From positions 40,548,001-40,612,000 of the forward strand of contig NC_058381.1 in NCBI RefSeq assembly GCF_018350175.1: a stretch of DNA of 64,000 bases, given 5' to 3'. The position numbers and the translations under genes were made by a program. The notes under the pieces are model-generated. The model was not told where the DNA came from and did not search any database. It was given only the letters and a program-made list of their open reading frames with translations. Source of the stretch: Felis catus. Lineage: Eukaryota. Position 1 is the stretch's first letter. Every line of letters begins with the position of its first letter. Below, piece after piece: positions 60,118 through 64,000 of the stretch.

Positions 60118-60972
60118 GAAACCAAACTGATAATACAGAGAAGAGACTGAGCTGGCAGCTGCCAGAATCTTGCTGGATTATAGATGCAAACTGGCTGGAG
60201 ACGAGTCCTTGAACCCACACTTCATTAGCAGACTGATAAATCAGTTGCATAAATACAGAGGACATAGAACACGAAACATTTCACAGCTTTTTTTTTTGCT
60301 TTGCGTTTCCATTTTAAACATATGTATGTTACAACTTTACATTTTAAATTACTACTCCACATGTTTTGTGACAATGGCTAAGGATGCAACGTCCCATCCC
60401 CCTGACGTAAACAGAGTTTGGTCTGCGACATAGAACATTACAGTGAGATACCAAACAAACCCTTAACACATAACATACAAAAAGATCTTTAAAAATCAGA
60501 TTAACACAATGTTCTTCAGGTTATATGAGGAGGAAAGGACAGTGGGAAAATAAGACATTAGGGATGCTCTAAACTGATAGTACCTTGAGGTCTTAAAAGT
60601 TTCATTCTCTTCCTCCAAGGGAAAAAAATTTTAACTAAAGGAAAAAAGAAAGCAACGTCATAACACCCTACAATGAGGAACACTATCCTTACAGTGCTTA
60701 AGATGCTTCCATATAATAAATACAGCAGGTAGCAGAGCAAAGGTCACAAGTATTGGCTTGGTTTTTATTTCTATGCTTATAAAAAAAAGTACTAAGCTTC
60801 CTGGTGTGGAATGAACAGTGTTAGCCTGTGGGTGTCATCAGTGCCTGTACACCAGCAGCTGTTTACATTCCAGGCCCATTTTCTAGCAAGCTCCAGTGCC
60901 AGCCGTGTGCACGCTACTTCCCAGGGGATGAGTTCTTGTCTTCACTTCACTGACATATGGTTCCGGGCTCAG

Positions 60973-62170
60973 TTACATGCTCATGTGTTCCGGAAGAACA
61001 TATGAAATATCATCCCAAGGGTGACGATACAGCCCCTGCTTCAGCCTCTTCTGATCGAGATAGTGTCCTGAAATGGGGCAAAGGTATCTTTTTGTTAAGA
61101 GTTGGTGAGTAGTCGGGGGCGCCAGGGTGGCTCAGTCGCTTAGGCCTCCAACTTCAGCTCAGGTCATGATCTCGCGGTTCCTGAGTTCGAGCCCCACGTC
61201 AGGCTCTGTGCTGACCGCTCGGAGCCTGGAGCCTGCTTCAGATTCTGTGTCTCCCTCTCTCTCTCTGCCCCTCCCCCGCCCGCACTGTCTCTCTTTCTCT
61301 CTCTTTCAAAAATAAACAAACAAACAAACAAAAAGAGAGTTGGTGAGAGATCTGCTAAAAGTTTGGCGAGGGGGAGAAGATGAGGACAGAAAATCTAATA
61401 CAAAAAAAATGAGGAAGTAAATCCAGATCCACCACACAAGCGGATACCAGCCTGGCTAAAAGGCAACTGTGGGATTTCATTCTGTTTTCCTGGACTAGCA
61501 ATCAGCCATTTCCAAGAACAAAGGAACCATGGAATGAATATAAAGGGGGAAGTTAAAGTAAGAAAGGAAGGATTAGAAACGATGATGAAGATCATGTGAC
61601 ATCTTCCTAGTAGAAACTTGCCACCCAGGTGTTACAGCTGAACCATGGGGTGTGGGGGGGGGGGGGGGGGGGCTGGGGCCGGGACCAAACCAAACTCTTA
61701 ATAACAACAACTACCAACTCACCAATGAAGCCCATACTCCTTCCCAGCACAAAGATGCCATTGAGGGCTCCAATGTCAATATATTCATCAGCTTCCTCCC
61801 TGCAAACACACAATCAACCTGTGGTTTTAAAACGGCTCACATGACCCCCCCTCCTCCCCACAGACAGTACAACTTCTGCCCAGGAACAAGAAAGATCTCT
61901 TTGGTATCAAAGGAGAAAAAGGGTGCTCTGGGTGATAGGACTACAGACAATTTTTGTTTTCTTCTTTATACCTCTCCATACTTTCTAAATCCTCTGTAAT
62001 GAGCATGTATTGCTTTCAGAACTGGAAGGAAACCGCAAGCAAGCATCAATAAATGTAAAGAAGAAGAAAATGGGTGGCTTAATCGAAGTGTCCAACTTCA
62101 GCTCATGTCGTGATCTCACAGTTTATGAGTTTGAGTCACACATCAGGCTCTGCTTGGAGTGTTGTCTCCT

Positions 62171-62224
<54 letters not shown>

Positions 62225-62289
62225 CCTCTCCCTGCCTCTGTCCAACACGCTCAATGTCTGTCCGTCTCTTATTTAAATAAATAAATAAG

Positions 62290-62324
<35 letters not shown>

Positions 62325-62929
62325 AGACAGATAAATAAATAAATAAAGTAGAAGAAAATGACCACAGAGCTCACCGAGTGAAGGACCCACAGTTTCTAAG
62401 CATGTCTACAAAGGCAACTCCGATGAAACCGTCTACGTTCAGGATAAGATTTGGTTTCTGGGAAGGCAAAAAATTCACAGCACTTCTCATCATTTCTCAT
62501 TTTTTCTTTGTAATTTTCCACAATTACTACTAGTAATAGAACTACAATTTCTGACCACAATTTAAAAACCTCCCACCAAAACATCATAGCTGGTTAGGAA
62601 AGAAAGAGTCAGTTCAATTCCCAATGTCTAGCAAAGGACCCAACACCTAGCTGACAGTATGTATTTGTTGAACTTAGTAGTACAACAGAAATAAAATTTC
62701 CCAGAACACCAGATTTCATTTTGGCTGCACAATCAGAAGCTAGGCTGGCTCCTGTTTTCCCCAAGAAATTCACCCACAACAATGAGTTGGAAATTAGGGA
62801 TATTTTCTCTTTTACCTTCGAGGTGGTAATCTTCTCGACTTCCAGCGCATAGTCAAGCAGGGGGGTGGCAGGGAAGTGCTGTTTGACATAATCTTTGAGG
62901 ATCTGCACTCGCATGTCTGGGTTGTTTAT
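60973..62929 (-). CDS. ACLY: ATP-citrate synthase (ATP citrate lyase), last four coding exons; 5' part lies beyond the window
   Basis: Exons 62929..62816 (INNPDMRVQ...ITTSK), 62457..62375 ([10 protein letters not shown]...), 61799..61723 ([14 protein letters not shown]...), 61067..60973 ([30 protein letters not shown]). All GT-AG and in frame. Confidence 0.98.
61115..61335 (+). mobile_element. CAN-SINE in the last ACLY intron
   Basis: Full copy. TSD AGAGTTGGTGAG. It starts about 48 nt from the terminal-exon acceptor. Confidence 0.9.
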
Positions 62930-63189
62930 CTAGAAAGTGACCCAAAGTTACAGAGGAACCCACCCTGACACTGCCATTAAGAGACCTGTTGGGGGCGCCT
63001 GGGTGGCTCAGTCAGTTAAGCGTCCCACTCTTGGTTTCAGGTCGTGATCTCGCTCAGGTCGTGATCTCACGGATCATGGGTTCAAGGCCCGCACTGACAG
63101 TGCACAGCCTGCTTCAGATTCTCGCTCTCTCTCTCTGCTCCTCCCACATACTCTCTCAAAATAAATAAACTTTAAAAAAAAAAAAAAAG
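62070..63189 (+). mobile_element. Two CAN-SINEs in ACLY introns (about 62070-62348 degenerate with (CT)n and (TAAA)n; 62992-63189)
   Basis: SINEC heads, linkers and tails. The ACLY exons between them are not part of the elements. Confidence 0.8.
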
Positions 63190-64000
63190 ACATGTTTGTG
63201 CTTCTGCCACAGATGGACACAAATGTTTATATTTTATCCAGGAGGTGTGTTTTAGGGACCTGATCCATGTGTCTTGATTCCATGCAGCACAGATTATGAC
63301 CCTGCTGTAGGGCTTAAGGTTTCTAAAGTCCTCTTGAATCTCACTTGAACCTCAAAACAAACTGTAGGTTCGCCCTTTTATGTTACAGACAAGGAACTGA
63401 GACCTGGAGATGTTAACTGAGTTCAACAACAGGCCTCGGTTTAAGCAGCAGGGGTTCGGGGCTCACCTACTCTCCAACCAAAAGTCTTAGGTTCTAGCCA
63501 CGAACCATGCTGCCCAAGAGTTCAGTGGCCCCGGCCTCCTCCAGCTGTAACAAAGTTCTACAGAGTTCTTAGTTTTTAGACTGGCAAGCACTTGTTGGCG
63601 TGGGGCAGCAAAGCATCCCTGAAATCTCAAGAAAAGCTCTGCGCCTGCACCATCTGCTAAGAGACCCACACTAAACCATAATCGGTCAGTGGGGCAGGGA
63701 AGTGGTTCAGATGCCAGCCAACTCCCAACACCCAGTTCCCAAGCAGATAGCACTGCTCCAGTCCACGGCACAGGGCCTCTTTCAGACAGAACATTACACT
63801 TATACTGCCACGCTCAGGCTTCTACGTTCCTTCCTTTCTGGAGTCCATACTGACATGGTTCTAATGGAAAGCTGTTTAAAGGCATTCTGCATTATAACGG
63901 AAAAACAGCTGCCTGATCTTTGACATCTGTCAACACAGCCAAAGCTTTGCACATTGAGAGTCAAGGGCCTGGGTGTTCCCCACTAAAATAATGCCTCCAC

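Noticed and set aside
61647-61680. Long G run in an ACLY intron, and G-rich tracts at about 5355-5395 and 20335-20465, as G-quadruplex elements
   Set aside because: Homopolymer and G-rich runs are common in this isochore and error-prone in sequencing. Nothing ties them to a function.
59000-61799. ACLY-KLHL11 read-through fusion (same strand, about 1.1 kb apart)
   Set aside because: The usual chimera (penultimate ACLY exon, phase 1, to KLHL11 exon 2, phase 2) is out of frame, and there is no evidence in the sequence.

Overview
Mammalian genomic DNA from a carnivore, most likely a felid (about 30 tRNA-derived CAN-SINEs of the SINEC_Fc type). The window is syntenic with human 17q21.2. Gene order: JUP non-coding exon 1 and promoter (-), P3H4 (-, 8 exons), FKBP10 (+, 10 exons), NT5C3B (-, 9 exons), KLHL10 (+, 5 exons), KLHL11 (-, 2 exons) and the last four coding exons of ACLY (-). 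I placed all visible exon boundaries by reading GT/AG sites and checking reading frame. FKBP10 (582 aa), NT5C3B (300 aa) and KLHL11 (708 aa) sum exactly to their expected lengths. Four N runs of 132-164 nt each overlap a coding exon, which looks like post-assembly masking rather than biology. I found no convincing new gene or new biological system. The findings are regulatory, splicing and retrotransposon hypotheses of low to moderate interest. Comparisons with human orthologues are from memory, not from a database search.
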